Part shown: positions 29,368 through 39,751 of the stretch, piece by piece
How the letters are laid out: each line of letters begins with the position of its first letter
How positions within the stretch are numbered: the stretch's first letter is position 1
Source: Promethearchaeota archaeon
Lineage (GTDB): Archaea; Asgardarchaeota; Lokiarchaeia; Sigyniarchaeales; SOKP01
Assembly (NCBI GenBank): GCA_048941015.1
Contig: JBHLNZ010000015.1
Span: forward strand, 1-54,807
Length of the DNA: 54,807 nt
Reading direction: 5' to 3'
Notes under the pieces: model-generated
What the model was told of the DNA's origin: nothing
Databases searched by the model: none
Seen by the model: only the letters and a program-made list of their open reading frames with translations
Made by a program: the position numbers and the translations under genes

Positions 29368-30662
29368 AGAGTTATAAAACTGAAATATTAGTCGTTGGAT
29401 CGGGCGCTGCAGGGATGGCCTCTGCAATAGAAGTTAAAAAGGCAGGCTTAGAGGTATTATTAATAGAAAGGGATAAGGAACTAGGAGGTATAACATTGCA
29501 ATGTATTCATAATGGCTTCGGTTTAAAAGAATTTCAAGAAGAATTAACAGGCCCAGAATACGCTCAAAGATTTATAAATGAACTCAAAAAGTTAAAAATC
29601 CCCTATCTTTTAGATACAATGGTTATAGAGATCACTAAAGATAAGATTGTGTATGCTATAAATAATAATGAAGGTCTTATTGAAATAAGAGCTAAAGCAG
29701 TAATTCTAGCAATGGGTTGCAGAGAAAAAACAAGAGGTGCTATCAATATCCCTGGATTTAGACCTGCAGGAATATATACTGCTGGGCAAGCACAAAGATT
29801 TGTTAATATAGAAGGGTATTTACCAGGAAATACTTATGTCATCTTAGGGAGTGGCGATATTGGAATGATAATGGCTCGGAGATTAACATGGGAAGGTTGC
29901 AAAGTTAAAGGTGTAGTTGAAATACAACCATATGTAAGTGGATTATTAAGAAATCAGGTCCAGTGTTTAGAGGATTATGATATCCCCTTAATTACTAGTT
30001 ATACAGTGACAAAAATTCATGGAAAAGATAGAGTAAAGGGTGTTACCATTTCAAAAGTCGATCGGAATTTTGATAGAATTGTAGGGTCTGAAAAATTCAT
30101 TGAATGTGATACATTATTGTTATCTGTAGGACTAATCCCAGAAAACGAACTTACCTTACAAGCAGGAGCGGAATTATCGAAAAATGGAGGCCCTATAGTT
30201 GATAATAATTTAGAGACTACAATAGAAGGTATCTTTGCCTGTGGAAATGTATTGCAAGTACATGATTTAGTTGATTTAGTTAGTGCTGAAGCAAAACGAG
30301 CGGGACTTAATGCTGTAGAATACATAAATGAACGATTCGGAAAAGAAATCAAGGATAATGAAAAAATAAAGTGTATCCCAGGTGAGAACGTTAATTACAT
30401 CAAACCCGATTTCATTAATAAGCGTGATTTTTCTAAGGAAATCATTGTTACATTTCGAGTAAATTATCCCGATCGAAGAGTTCTTATTCAATTTAAAGAT
30501 GAAAAAGGGAATATAATCTATAAAAGAAAGAAAGTATACGTAATTCCTAGCGAGATGATAGAATTAAATATCAAATTCGATCAAATTGCTATAGATCCGG
30601 AATGTGAAGCAATAACAGTTGAAGTAATTCCAAGACCTGAAGTATTAATTGAGGAGGATTGA
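29364..30662 (+). CDS. NAD(P)/FAD-dependent pyridine nucleotide-disulfide oxidoreductase (partner subunit)
   Basis: GSGAAG, QCIHNGFG, GSGDIGMIMARR, GIFACGNVLQVHDLVD; GTGA overlap with the upstream gene. Confidence 0.9.
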   Translation: MKSYKTEILVVGSGAAGMASAIEVKKAGLEVLLIERDKELGGITLQCIHNGFGLKEFQEELTGPEYAQRFINELKKLKIPYLLDTMVIEITKDKIVYAINNNEGLIEIRAKAVILAMGCREKTRGAINIPGFRPAGIYTAGQAQRFVNIEGYLPGNTYVILGSGDIGMIMARRLTWEGCKVKGVVEIQPYVSGLLRNQVQCLEDYDIPLITSYTVTKIHGKDRVKGVTISKVDRNFDRIVGSEKFIECDTLLLSVGLIPENELTLQAGAELSKNGGPIVDNNLETTIEGIFACGNVLQVHDLVDLVSAEAKRAGLNAVEYINERFGKEIKDNEKIKCIPGENVNYIKPDFINKRDFSKEIIVTFRVNYPDRRVLIQFKDEKGNIIYKRKKVYVIPSEMIELNIKFDQIAIDPECEAITVEVIPRPEVLIEED

Positions 30663-30669
30663 TTAAGTC

Positions 30670-31047
30670 ATGTCAGAATTAAGTACTATAAAAGTAATTA
30701 GATGTATCGTTTGTCCAACTGGTTGTGAAATAAAGGTAAATCAGGACAAGAATAATAAGATAACTTTTGAAGGTTATACTTGTAATAGAGGATTAGAATA
30801 TGCAGAACAAGAATTTTATGAACCAAAACGGATTATAACAACAACTATGAGAGTTGAGGATGGATTTTTACCTCTAATTCCAGTTAGAAGTGATAAACCG
30901 ATTTTAAAAGACAAATTAAAAGAAGTTTTTAATGAAATCGCTAAAAAGAAAGTCAAAGCTCCAATAAAGATGGGAGACATACTCATCGAAAATGTGCTTG
31001 GTGTCGAAGTTAATATTATTGCCAGTCGCAATCTAGAAAATCGTTAA
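30670..31047 (+). CDS. DUF1667-like CxxC protein (third gene of the operon)
   Basis: CIVCPTGC...GYTCNRG...PKRIITTT. Confidence 0.88.
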   Translation: MSELSTIKVIRCIVCPTGCEIKVNQDKNNKITFEGYTCNRGLEYAEQEFYEPKRIITTTMRVEDGFLPLIPVRSDKPILKDKLKEVFNEIAKKKVKAPIKMGDILIENVLGVEVNIIASRNLENR

Positions 31048-31160
31048 AAAAGTTTTATATCTAAAATTTTCTAAAATTTATTTATTTTTAAGAATTTAAA
31101 TTTAGAATCATTAAAAAAAAGCAAATTTTTATTCTGATTTCTCCACTCTTACTCAAATAT

Positions 31161-31397
31161 TCAATCAGAAGTTCTCACCATTAAAATTATTAAGATTATT
31201 AAAACAATAATCCATTTTACCGCATTGAGTATTGCCATTAAATAATTCAGCCCGGACAATAAAAAAAGGGAATTGAATGATGGAAAATCTACAAAAACAA
31301 TAATTATTATTAAGATCATAACTAAGATACACGCACAATTAGACCCAAACGGTTTTTCTTTTACATCTTCTTTATTGGATATACGAGGCATCCTCAA
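31161..31397 (-). CDS. Small 2-TM hypothetical protein
   Basis: 78-aa hydrophobic ORF in an intergenic space. Confidence 0.45.
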   Translation of the reverse strand: MRMPRISNKEDVKEKPFGSNCACILVMILIIIIVFVDFPSFNSLFLLSGLNYLMAILNAVKWIIVLIILIILMVRTSD

Positions 31398-31626
31398 ATA
31401 TCATATTATATCGATAATCATTTAAATATTTTGAAGAATAGTCACTTTTCGCTTAATTGGTCAAAAATAGAATTGGAGAGGGGAAAAATTTGAGCCCTTG
31501 ACTATAGTCCGAGCCAATGCATAGTTAAAGACATTAAAAAGGATACTTTTAAATTTAAATGATAATTTAGAAAAATATTTATCAAAATTCAGCTAAATCT
31601 ATTTATAATTCTTAAATTTATAGAAT

Positions 31627-32262
31627 ATGCTTCCTAAATTTATTATTCAATTCTTTCTGATAACGAGTTTCTTCATTTTTGGATATAATATTACATATAT
31701 CATTCTTTTTAAGAGAAAGCACAAAAATGATGAAACTAACGTAGATATTAATAATAAATTAAAAGAAACGAGACTTTTTGCTCGGATTGGAGTTATGTTA
31801 TTAAATATTTTTATAACAATAGTATGTTTAAACATTTTTTTTTATGACACTATAAGTTCAATTATCCCACGGATAGATTTGTTTATTTATAGTGAAGTTA
31901 TTCAAATAGTAGGGTTCACATTAGTTATAGGAGGAAATATCACTTTGTATTTAGCATATCATGAGCTAGGTATTTACTGGGCTTACCCAATAGATGGTAT
32001 TAGCAAAAGAAGAAAATTGGTAAAATCCGGAATATATAGTTATATTCGTCATCCTATATATCTTTCTTTTAATCTATTTTGCATTGGTTTTAATATGATT
32101 TTATTAGATTGGTTACTACTTGTTTTATACATAATAGGGGGAATAGGACTCTATTTTCAAGCGATTGATGAAGAAAACATTTTATTAGAATATTTCGGAG
32201 ATGAATATAGAGAATATATGAAAAATACAGGAAGATTTTTTGTCAAATTTCATAACAAGTGA
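31627..32262 (+). CDS. Isoprenylcysteine carboxylmethyltransferase / PEMT family membrane methyltransferase
   Basis: LVKSGIYSYIRHPIY, EENILLEYFGDEYREY. Confidence 0.9.
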   Translation: MLPKFIIQFFLITSFFIFGYNITYIILFKRKHKNDETNVDINNKLKETRLFARIGVMLLNIFITIVCLNIFFYDTISSIIPRIDLFIYSEVIQIVGFTLVIGGNITLYLAYHELGIYWAYPIDGISKRRKLVKSGIYSYIRHPIYLSFNLFCIGFNMILLDWLLLVLYIIGGIGLYFQAIDEENILLEYFGDEYREYMKNTGRFFVKFHNK

Positions 32263-32293
32263 AATAAATAACTAAATGAGGGCTAATAATTAG

Positions 32294-32863
32294 ATGAATA
32301 AAACGTTAAATAAGAAAAAGTTAATAATTCCTGTTATAAATTTGATATTGATGATTTTTTTCATCATAGGAAGTTTTTTAATTAACTTACCCGTTCTTTA
32401 TTTAATCTCTGTTTATGCATTAACATTAACTACTATTACAGTTCAATATAATCATTGGTTTTTAAATAGTTTGGCTATACCTCTTACATTTACCTATTCC
32501 TTTGCATTTATACAAGATATAATTGATTTAAATCCTCTTTTTGCTTTTTTTCATATACCAACTGTTACTTGTTGTTATATTATTATATGGAGAAAAAACA
32601 ATTCCCTTATAGTAATGCTAATTATTAGTGTTCTTTATGCATTCTGGATATATGCTATAAAAACATGGTTATATTTTCCCTATTATGATTGTATTTTTTT
32701 CATCTGTGATAAAACACAACAATTCTTCAGTGTCTTGATCATTGGCTTTATAACTTCAATAATAGCTTCTAAACCACTAAAATCGTTAATCTTAAAGATT
32801 TTTAAATCTCTATTTAAAGATAAAGAAGAAGAAATAACAGAAGAGAGATTAGTAATTGAATAA
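32294..32863 (+). CDS. Multi-pass membrane hypothetical protein
   Basis: 189 aa, ~5-6 TM helices. Confidence 0.65.
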   Translation: MNKTLNKKKLIIPVINLILMIFFIIGSFLINLPVLYLISVYALTLTTITVQYNHWFLNSLAIPLTFTYSFAFIQDIIDLNPLFAFFHIPTVTCCYIIIWRKNNSLIVMLIISVLYAFWIYAIKTWLYFPYYDCIFFICDKTQQFFSVLIIGFITSIIASKPLKSLILKIFKSLFKDKEEEITEERLVIE

Positions 32864-32888
32864 AATACCAATATCTATAAAATGAACT

Positions 32889-33344
32889 ATGATCGAAATG
32901 GATAAGTTATATAAAGTGCAAGAAAATTTATATATCGGTGCATATTGGCCAAAGCTCAGCTTTGAAAAATGTGAAAAACTAGGGATTACAGCAATCGTAA
33001 ACTTAATGGAAGATAATTACTACAATCCAACGGAGTTAGGATTTAAGTATCTTCATAAAGGATTTCCAGATGAATCGTATCCACCGCATTGTTTATTAAA
33101 GGAGATTTTGGATTTTATTGATAGCAATATTAAAGATGGAGGTAAGGTTTTAGTTCATTGTGCAATGGGTATTTCTAGAAGTGGTGGAATCGTAATTGCT
33201 TGGCTTTTAAAAAATCATTCCAATTGGAGATGGAATGACGCTTTAAATTATGTTCGTAAATCAAGATTAATCTATCCTGCTATTGAAATAAAAAATTCGA
33301 TTCTTGATTATTTTGAATCGATAGAAGGAAAAAGAAGAGATTGA
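32889..33344 (+). CDS. Dual-specificity protein phosphatase
   Basis: VLVHCAMGISRS (HCx5R) active-site loop. Confidence 0.93.
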   Translation: MIEMDKLYKVQENLYIGAYWPKLSFEKCEKLGITAIVNLMEDNYYNPTELGFKYLHKGFPDESYPPHCLLKEILDFIDSNIKDGGKVLVHCAMGISRSGGIVIAWLLKNHSNWRWNDALNYVRKSRLIYPAIEIKNSILDYFESIEGKRRD

Positions 33345-33451
33345 ATTTTATATCTAGATAATCATTCGTATTTCAATAACTTTTTAAGATAAATCTTAGA
33401 TCTTTTAATAAAACTTATTCTATTCAAAATATTAAAAAAGGAGATGTGTAG

Positions 33452-33772
33452 ATGACAGAATTCGAAGAAAAAGTTCTCAGTTTACTCAGTGAAATTAATA
33501 ATAAACTTGATAAGCTTTTAGGTTCCCCTAAATCTCCAGCAACTGCCAGTATTGAGCAAAGCTATATTAAACCTTCTGCTGTGGTTGAAAAACAAGAAGA
33601 AGAAGCAAAAGCAGCCGAGAAACCTTCATTTGAAGGACGAAGAGTATGCCCAGACTGCGGTGGAACCGATTTTAGAGCCGAAGAAGATAAAAGTCAGGTC
33701 TTGCATCAAATGGGTGGTGTAAAGATCTATTCCAAGAAATATATTTGTAAGCGTTGTGGTTATGAATATTAA
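33452..33772 (+). CDS. Small protein: N-terminal amphipathic helix, linker, C-terminal Zn ribbon
   Basis: EGRRVCPDCG...DKS...KKYICKRCGYEY; GGAG upstream. Confidence 0.8.
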   Translation: MTEFEEKVLSLLSEINNKLDKLLGSPKSPATASIEQSYIKPSAVVEKQEEEAKAAEKPSFEGRRVCPDCGGTDFRAEEDKSQVLHQMGGVKIYSKKYICKRCGYEY

Positions 33773-33848
33773 ATTACTCATAGTGGCTCTAAAGCTTACT
33801 AAATGAATATTTAAAGAAATTTTGTTTTCCTTTTTTTTAGATTTAGAA

Positions 33849-35708
33849 CTAAATTGAGGCAGTTTCTTTCGTTTCTTTTAATTTTGCTTTTTTGAAAGGA
33901 TCTTTAAATTGCAAATCAAAAAGATGTTTATAAAATCCTCCTTTCTCGATTAATTCTTGATGAGAGCCTTCTTCTATAATTTTTCCTTTATCTAAAACAA
34001 CAATACGATCTGAATTGATAATTGTAGAAAGTCTATGTGCAATAGAAATACTCGTTCTTCCCTTTAGCAATGTTTCTAAAGCTCTTTGAATTAATAATTC
34101 ACTATAGGGATCAATTGAGGAAGTTGCTTCATCAAGGATTAGAATAGGTGGATCTGCTATTAATGCTCGTGCAAAAGCGATTAATTGTTTCTGTCCTTCA
34201 GAAAGTCTGCTTCCTCTTTCTCCTACTACGGTATCATATCCTTTTTCAAGTTCCATTATGAAATCATGTGCACTCACTTTCTTAGCTGCTTCTATTATCT
34301 CTTCATCAGTTGCATCTAATTTACCGTATCTAATATTATCTTTCACGGTTCCTGAGAAAAGAAAGTTTTCTTGTAAAACAATTCCCATATTTCTTCTTAG
34401 ATTCTTAAGATTTATCTCTTTTAAATTAATCCCATCAATTTCTATTTCTCCCTCAGTCGGATCATAAAATCTACTTAATAATTTAATAAATGTACTCTTC
34501 CCAGCTCCAGTATATCCCACCAATGCTAATCTTTCTTTCTCTTTAATCGCTATGTTAATATCTTTCAAAATTGGAACTCCCTGTTCATAAGAAAAATTAA
34601 CTTTTTTATATTCAATTTTTCCTTTAACTTTTGTAAGCTTTATTGCATCCTCTATTTCCCTGACCGATGGTTCTTCATCTAATAATCTTATAATCCTCGA
34701 GCCTGCAGCAATCGAATTTTGTAAAAGAGTAAAAAATCCAATTATCGAAAAAAGAGGTTCGAAAAACATAAAGATATAAAAAATAAATGCAACTAAAGTA
34801 CCTTGGGATAATATACCTTCTCGTATTAAATGTCCAGACGTAAAGAATAAAATAGAAATGCCAAATGTAATAACTAATATTACAATTACAGGGATAAATG
34901 CTTGTAGTTTTGCAGCTTTCATAGTTGTAATTCTTTCTAATTCGGTTGTTTCATTGAATTCCCTATAATTAGGATCTTCAACTGCAAAGGATTTAATAAT
35001 TCTCATTCCAGTAATAGATTCATTTAATCTGCTTGTTACATTAGCAACACGTTCTCTTAACTCTTTAAAATATTTTTTCGCTCTTGCAAATAAAATACCA
35101 GCAATTCCACCAAAAAATGGTAAGATTAAAAATGCTACTAATGTTAATTGAGGACTGAGTAAAATCATAAAAAAGAGTGCACCAAAAATCATAAAGAAAT
35201 TACTAACAGAGACAAGTAAACCTGATTGTATTAATTCTTGGATTGTATTGACATCTCCGGTTAGATAATTTATTTTTTTTCCTGCAGTTCTTTTTGGACT
35301 TTCATGGTAATCTAAACCTAATTTTTGAAATTTAATGAATAATTCAGATCTTAAATTATACATGGTAAGGGTTGCCAGTTTAGAAATAATATACCCCTGT
35401 AAAATCCTTGTGATAACGCCTGAAATGGTCATGACAAAAAAAAGAGTCCCTAGAAAAATGACAACTTCTAAATTTCCTTCTGTTGCTCCAATACCACCAC
35501 CCAATCCATCATCAACCAAAGCTCTGAATATTAATGGAGTAAACCAACTGATTATAATATTTAAAGTAATTAGAAATGTAAGTGGAAGAATGTATTTTTT
35601 ATTTCCTGAACCAATATAATACAATAATCTTCTCAATATTTTGAAAGTCCCACCTCGATATAATTCTTCTTCATCTTTACTTTCAGAAATCTTTCTTCTT
35701 TTCCACAT
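33849..35708 (-). CDS. ABC exporter (TMD+NBD), heterodimer subunit with consensus Walker B and His switch
   Basis: GYTGAGKS, degenerate signature LSEGQ, ILDEATSSID, IAHRL. Confidence 0.93.
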   Translation of the reverse strand: MWKRRKISESKDEEELYRGGTFKILRRLLYYIGSGNKKYILPLTFLITLNIIISWFTPLIFRALVDDGLGGGIGATEGNLEVVIFLGTLFFVMTISGVITRILQGYIISKLATLTMYNLRSELFIKFQKLGLDYHESPKRTAGKKINYLTGDVNTIQELIQSGLLVSVSNFFMIFGALFFMILLSPQLTLVAFLILPFFGGIAGILFARAKKYFKELRERVANVTSRLNESITGMRIIKSFAVEDPNYREFNETTELERITTMKAAKLQAFIPVIVILVITFGISILFFTSGHLIREGILSQGTLVAFIFYIFMFFEPLFSIIGFFTLLQNSIAAGSRIIRLLDEEPSVREIEDAIKLTKVKGKIEYKKVNFSYEQGVPILKDINIAIKEKERLALVGYTGAGKSTFIKLLSRFYDPTEGEIEIDGINLKEINLKNLRRNMGIVLQENFLFSGTVKDNIRYGKLDATDEEIIEAAKKVSAHDFIMELEKGYDTVVGERGSRLSEGQKQLIAFARALIADPPILILDEATSSIDPYSELLIQRALETLLKGRTSISIAHRLSTIINSDRIVVLDKGKIIEEGSHQELIEKGGFYKHLFDLQFKDPFKKAKLKETKETASI

Positions 35709-35710
35709 AT

Positions 35711-37519
35711 TTAAGCTCTTTCCTCAACTTTTAAGGTTAAATAAAGATTTTTATAGATCCCTTTATCCTGATTCATTAATTCTTCGTGAGTTCCTATTTG
35801 GACAATTTCTCCATTTTCTAATACAATTATTCTATCTGCATTCCTTACGCTTGATAATCTTTGTGTTATTAGGAACGTAGTTGAATCTTTAAATACTTCA
35901 TTAAAGTGTTTTTGAATCCGATATTCAGTATCAACGTCAACCGAAGAAGTCGCATCATCTAAAATCAAAATTCGTGGTTTTATAGCAAGAGCTCTCGCAA
36001 TAGCAATTCTCTGCTTTTGACCCCCTGAAACTGTCATACCTCTTTCACTAACTTTAGTATTATATTTTTCAGGGAGTTCATTTTCAATAAATCCGTGAAT
36101 ATCTGAAGCAACCGCTACCTTTTGAATTTCTTCAAGTCTAAGTTCAGTATTTCCAAATGCAATATTGTCTCTGATTGATCTAGAAAATAAGAAGCGATCT
36201 TGGGAAACAAAACCAATTTGCTTTCTGAGAGATTTAAAAGTTACATCTTTAATATTAATACCATCTATTAAAATCTCTCCTTTAGATACATCATAAAATC
36301 TTGGAATTAATTTAACTAGAGCAGATTTTCCAGATCCTGTAGCGCCAAGAATAGCAATATTCTCTCCGGGCTTTACTTTAAAATTGAGATTTTTTAATAC
36401 ATAATAATCTCCATCTTGGTCAAACGAGAAAAATACATTTTTGAACTCTATTTCCCCTTTAATTGGTGGCATCTCAATTGCATCTGGTTTTTCTTTAACA
36501 ATAATTTGAGAATTTAAAATATGTGTAACTCTATCACAGATTTCAGTTATTTGAGGCATATTACCGAGAAACCTGGAAATGAAATATAGCGGTTCAACAG
36601 AAAAATTTAAAACTAACACAAACGCAAATAGCTCTCCAAAAGTCATTTGCCCACCAAGAACAAAATATCCTCCTAGAAGTAATACGATTAAGAAGGCAAT
36701 ATTATCTATGAGATATATAATAGGATCAAAAGTAGCTTGAAGTTTGATGATTCCCATTGAATCTTTGTAGTATTGATCATTTTGTTTAGAAAAATTTTTG
36801 ATTTCATGAGATTCTCTCCCAAAAGATTTTACAACAGTTATTCCTTGTACATTTTCTTGAATTTTATGCGTTAAATCCGCATAAGTTTCCCTTGATTTCT
36901 TAAAGACAGGTCTTAATTTATTTCTAAAGCGTAATAAAACATAAAATAATGCTGGAGATATTAAGATAACGAAAATAGCTAATTTTGAATTGATATAAAA
37001 AAGAATTATAAAACTAAATAAAAAGGTTATACTTTGACGGATAAACATTCCTAAATTACTTCCTAGAAACTCTTTAAGTAAATTTACATCACTTGTAGTA
37101 CGTGAAATTAGTTCTCCTGTCTTATTTTCGTCAAGCCATTTAAAGCTCATCAACTGAATGGTCTTAAATAAATCATTTCTCAAGTTGTAAATAACCTTTG
37201 CACCTATAAGTCTATTAATATAAATTCTTAATCCAAATAAAATTCCTACAACAGCTTGTATGAAAACTATTGTAAAAAAAATAGGTAATATATTTGATAA
37301 AGGTAAGCTAGGATTGACTAAAACATCCATGGCGGGACCTAATAAAAGGGGAAATGTCATAAATAAAAATGATTGAACAATTCCTAAAATCTGAATCAAA
37401 ATAAATGTTTTTTTATAATCCCATAAATAAGATAATATTTGTCTTAAAGAAGTCTTATATTTTTGCCTAAGAAAGTTCTCTCTTCTCTCTAAGAAGTCCT
37501 TTTTTTTTTCTTTACCCAT
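35711..37519 (-). CDS. ABC exporter (TMD+NBD), degenerate-site subunit (TM287/288-type heterodimer)
   Basis: GATGSGKS, SGGQKQR, ILDDAT (E to D), ITQRL (H to Q). Confidence 0.93.
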   Translation of the reverse strand: MGKEKKKDFLERRENFLRQKYKTSLRQILSYLWDYKKTFILIQILGIVQSFLFMTFPLLLGPAMDVLVNPSLPLSNILPIFFTIVFIQAVVGILFGLRIYINRLIGAKVIYNLRNDLFKTIQLMSFKWLDENKTGELISRTTSDVNLLKEFLGSNLGMFIRQSITFLFSFIILFYINSKLAIFVILISPALFYVLLRFRNKLRPVFKKSRETYADLTHKIQENVQGITVVKSFGRESHEIKNFSKQNDQYYKDSMGIIKLQATFDPIIYLIDNIAFLIVLLLGGYFVLGGQMTFGELFAFVLVLNFSVEPLYFISRFLGNMPQITEICDRVTHILNSQIIVKEKPDAIEMPPIKGEIEFKNVFFSFDQDGDYYVLKNLNFKVKPGENIAILGATGSGKSALVKLIPRFYDVSKGEILIDGINIKDVTFKSLRKQIGFVSQDRFLFSRSIRDNIAFGNTELRLEEIQKVAVASDIHGFIENELPEKYNTKVSERGMTVSGGQKQRIAIARALAIKPRILILDDATSSVDVDTEYRIQKHFNEVFKDSTTFLITQRLSSVRNADRIIVLENGEIVQIGTHEELMNQDKGIYKNLYLTLKVEERA

Positions 37520-37656
37520 ATTTAAAATAAAAAATTGTAAAAGAAATAGTTTTTTAAAATAACTTATAATAAATTTTAATGATTAATTTAAGTTCTTTTT
37601 AAAAATAAAGTTGTTAAGCAACAATAATCCCATATATTATTAACTTTATAGATAAG

Positions 37657-38754
37657 GTGAGATTGATTCCTCCAATAAGAATAAAAAATTGGATGAGATA
37701 TCTAAGAAATTTCGCCTTAAATAAATTTACAAGTCATAAAGTACCTTATTCAGCACAAATAGAACTTACTTTGCGATGTAATGCTTTTTGCCCTTTCTGC
37801 TCATTTCCCTTATTTCCTCATTCGTTAAGTTCAAATGAGATGACTACAGACCAAGTAAAATTTATTATTGATCAAATTGCTGAGCTTGGGGTTAATTCTC
37901 TCTCTTTCACTGGAGGAGAGCCCACGTTAAGGAAAGATCTCCCCGAATTAATTTATTATACTGGAGTAGTTCATGATTTTATCAATGGGATTGCAACCAA
38001 TGGTTATTTAATGCCGAAATTGTTTAAAGAAAATGGAAAATTAGAAGGGCTTGATTATATTTTATTATCTCTTGATTACCCATCACCTGATCTTCATAAT
38101 CGAAAAAGGGGTATAAAAGTCTTTGATAAAGTCTTAGAAACTATTGATTTAGCAACTAAAAGAGACGTTAAAGTAATTATAAGCACTGTTGTTATGAAAG
38201 ATAACTTATCTTTACTTGAAAAAGTTTGTGAATTAGCTGAAAGTCTAAATTGTTCAATAGAATTATTTCCTTGTGAGAATATTGTGAGGGAATTCTATGG
38301 AAAAGAATATTATATAGAAAATGTAAATGAAATGATTCCCCAAATTCCCTTATGGGCTAACATCATTCGAAATTTAAAAACTAAATTTAAAAACATATTG
38401 ACTGATTTAATAAGTATAAAAGTTATTGAAAAGGGGGGTTTTGGTGGAAATTCAAATTTTCATCAAAATATTTTACGGTGTAATGTTGCAGAATCCTATC
38501 TTTTTGTAAGCTATGATGGGTTAGTAGATTATCCCTGTAAAATTCATCCTATAAATAGTTTTAATGCTTTAATACACCCTCTTTCTAAGATATACAATTC
38601 TAAAGAAGTAAGATCGATAATGAAGCAACATGATTCCTATTATTTCTGTAATGGTTGCAGGTTGGGCTGTAGCATTGCCTCTAGTTTACCTGCAAAATGG
38701 AAAACATTAGCCGTCAAATATATTCTAGGGTATCTAAATGGGAATTTATCTTGA
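37657..38754 (+). CDS. Radical SAM protein with C-terminal auxiliary-cluster cysteines
   Basis: CNAFCPFC, FTGGEP, TNG, C-terminal C...YPC...CNGCRLGC. Confidence 0.92.
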   Translation: MRLIPPIRIKNWMRYLRNFALNKFTSHKVPYSAQIELTLRCNAFCPFCSFPLFPHSLSSNEMTTDQVKFIIDQIAELGVNSLSFTGGEPTLRKDLPELIYYTGVVHDFINGIATNGYLMPKLFKENGKLEGLDYILLSLDYPSPDLHNRKRGIKVFDKVLETIDLATKRDVKVIISTVVMKDNLSLLEKVCELAESLNCSIELFPCENIVREFYGKEYYIENVNEMIPQIPLWANIIRNLKTKFKNILTDLISIKVIEKGGFGGNSNFHQNILRCNVAESYLFVSYDGLVDYPCKIHPINSFNALIHPLSKIYNSKEVRSIMKQHDSYYFCNGCRLGCSIASSLPAKWKTLAVKYILGYLNGNLS

Positions 38755-38814
38755 ATTGACCATTTTAAAAAATTTTATTTTAGATTATTATTTTCCTATC
38801 ATAGTGATTTAATT

Positions 38815-39414
38815 ATGACAGTTGGGTATATTATCATCTCGATAATGCTTATGACTATTGGTATGATTGCCCTTGGTTTGATTTTTAATAAAATAATGGG
38901 CATAAATCCTGAGATTGCTAAAGAGTTTAGAGATAAAGCTACAAATCTCCAAGAACGCATGAAAACAGCTCAGATGATGGGAGACGGCAGGCAGATGATG
39001 GAATTACAAAAGGAATCAATGCAACTTACAAAACAAATGATGAAAAAACAACTTCTACCATCGTGTATAAGATGTATAATATTTTTAATAATATTTGCAA
39101 TTCTAGGCATTGTCTACGCTGAATATGCCTCAGGTCTACTTCCATTTCCAATATTAATATTTGGGGACGGATGGGTTGCTTTATACTTCTTATTTTCAAT
39201 TGGATTTACTCTACTTATCTGGGCTACTAAAAAGTTATATAGAAAAGTTACTGGTAAAGGAGGAAAAGGTAAAACAAGAGATATTTTGAACATGCTATCA
39301 CCTATTTCTGATGGATATCAAACATATCACTCAACTACTCCATCAACAATAAATAGCGATTCGGGAGTGGTAAAACCATCCGATTCATGGAAAGATAAAA
39401 TTAAAAATCAATAA
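38815..39414 (+). CDS. EMC3/TMCO1 (DUF106, Oxa1 superfamily)-like membrane protein
   Basis: TM1, Met/Gln-rich coiled coil (MMELQKESMQLTKQMMKKQLLP), TM2, then GWVALYFLFS TM3. Confidence 0.75.
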   Translation: MTVGYIIISIMLMTIGMIALGLIFNKIMGINPEIAKEFRDKATNLQERMKTAQMMGDGRQMMELQKESMQLTKQMMKKQLLPSCIRCIIFLIIFAILGIVYAEYASGLLPFPILIFGDGWVALYFLFSIGFTLLIWATKKLYRKVTGKGGKGKTRDILNMLSPISDGYQTYHSTTPSTINSDSGVVKPSDSWKDKIKNQ

Positions 39415-39461
39415 GGGTCATAATTGCAAATATCTAATTTAATTCTTATCCATTTAATAAC

Positions 39462-39734
39462 ATGAGAAGTTATAAAATTTTGGTTATATTTATTATCATC
39501 ATTTTATTAATATTTTTAAGTTTCTTACTCAACCCATATTTCCTTTTTTTACCTATTTTGTGTTTTATACCTCTTTCATGTGGCTTCAATAGGAGATCTG
39601 AAAGAAATCATCAACAACAACCAAATCAGACGCTTCACTCTCAACAAACTAGAAAAAAATGTCCTTTTTGTGAAATGGATATGATTGAAAATAATGTAAG
39701 ATTTTGTCCTAATTGTGGGACAAAATTAGTATAA
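39462..39734 (+). CDS. Membrane-anchored Zn-ribbon protein
   Basis: N-terminal TM; CPFC...RFCPNCGTKL. Confidence 0.8.
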   Translation: MRSYKILVIFIIIILLIFLSFLLNPYFLFLPILCFIPLSCGFNRRSERNHQQQPNQTLHSQQTRKKCPFCEMDMIENNVRFCPNCGTKLV

Positions 39735-39751
39735 CTATACTAGTGAAAATT

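Noticed and set aside
31474-31500. Minus-strand AGGGCTCAAATTTTTCCCCTCTCCA resembling a decayed tRNA 3' end or att site
   Set aside because: No matching 5' acceptor strand or cloverleaf and no integrase nearby; not supportable without tRNAscan-SE or a genome comparison.
37657-38754. Tetraether synthase or GDGT ring synthase assignment
   Set aside because: Too short and no visible N-terminal metal-binding or B12-binding domain; only generic radical SAM is supported.
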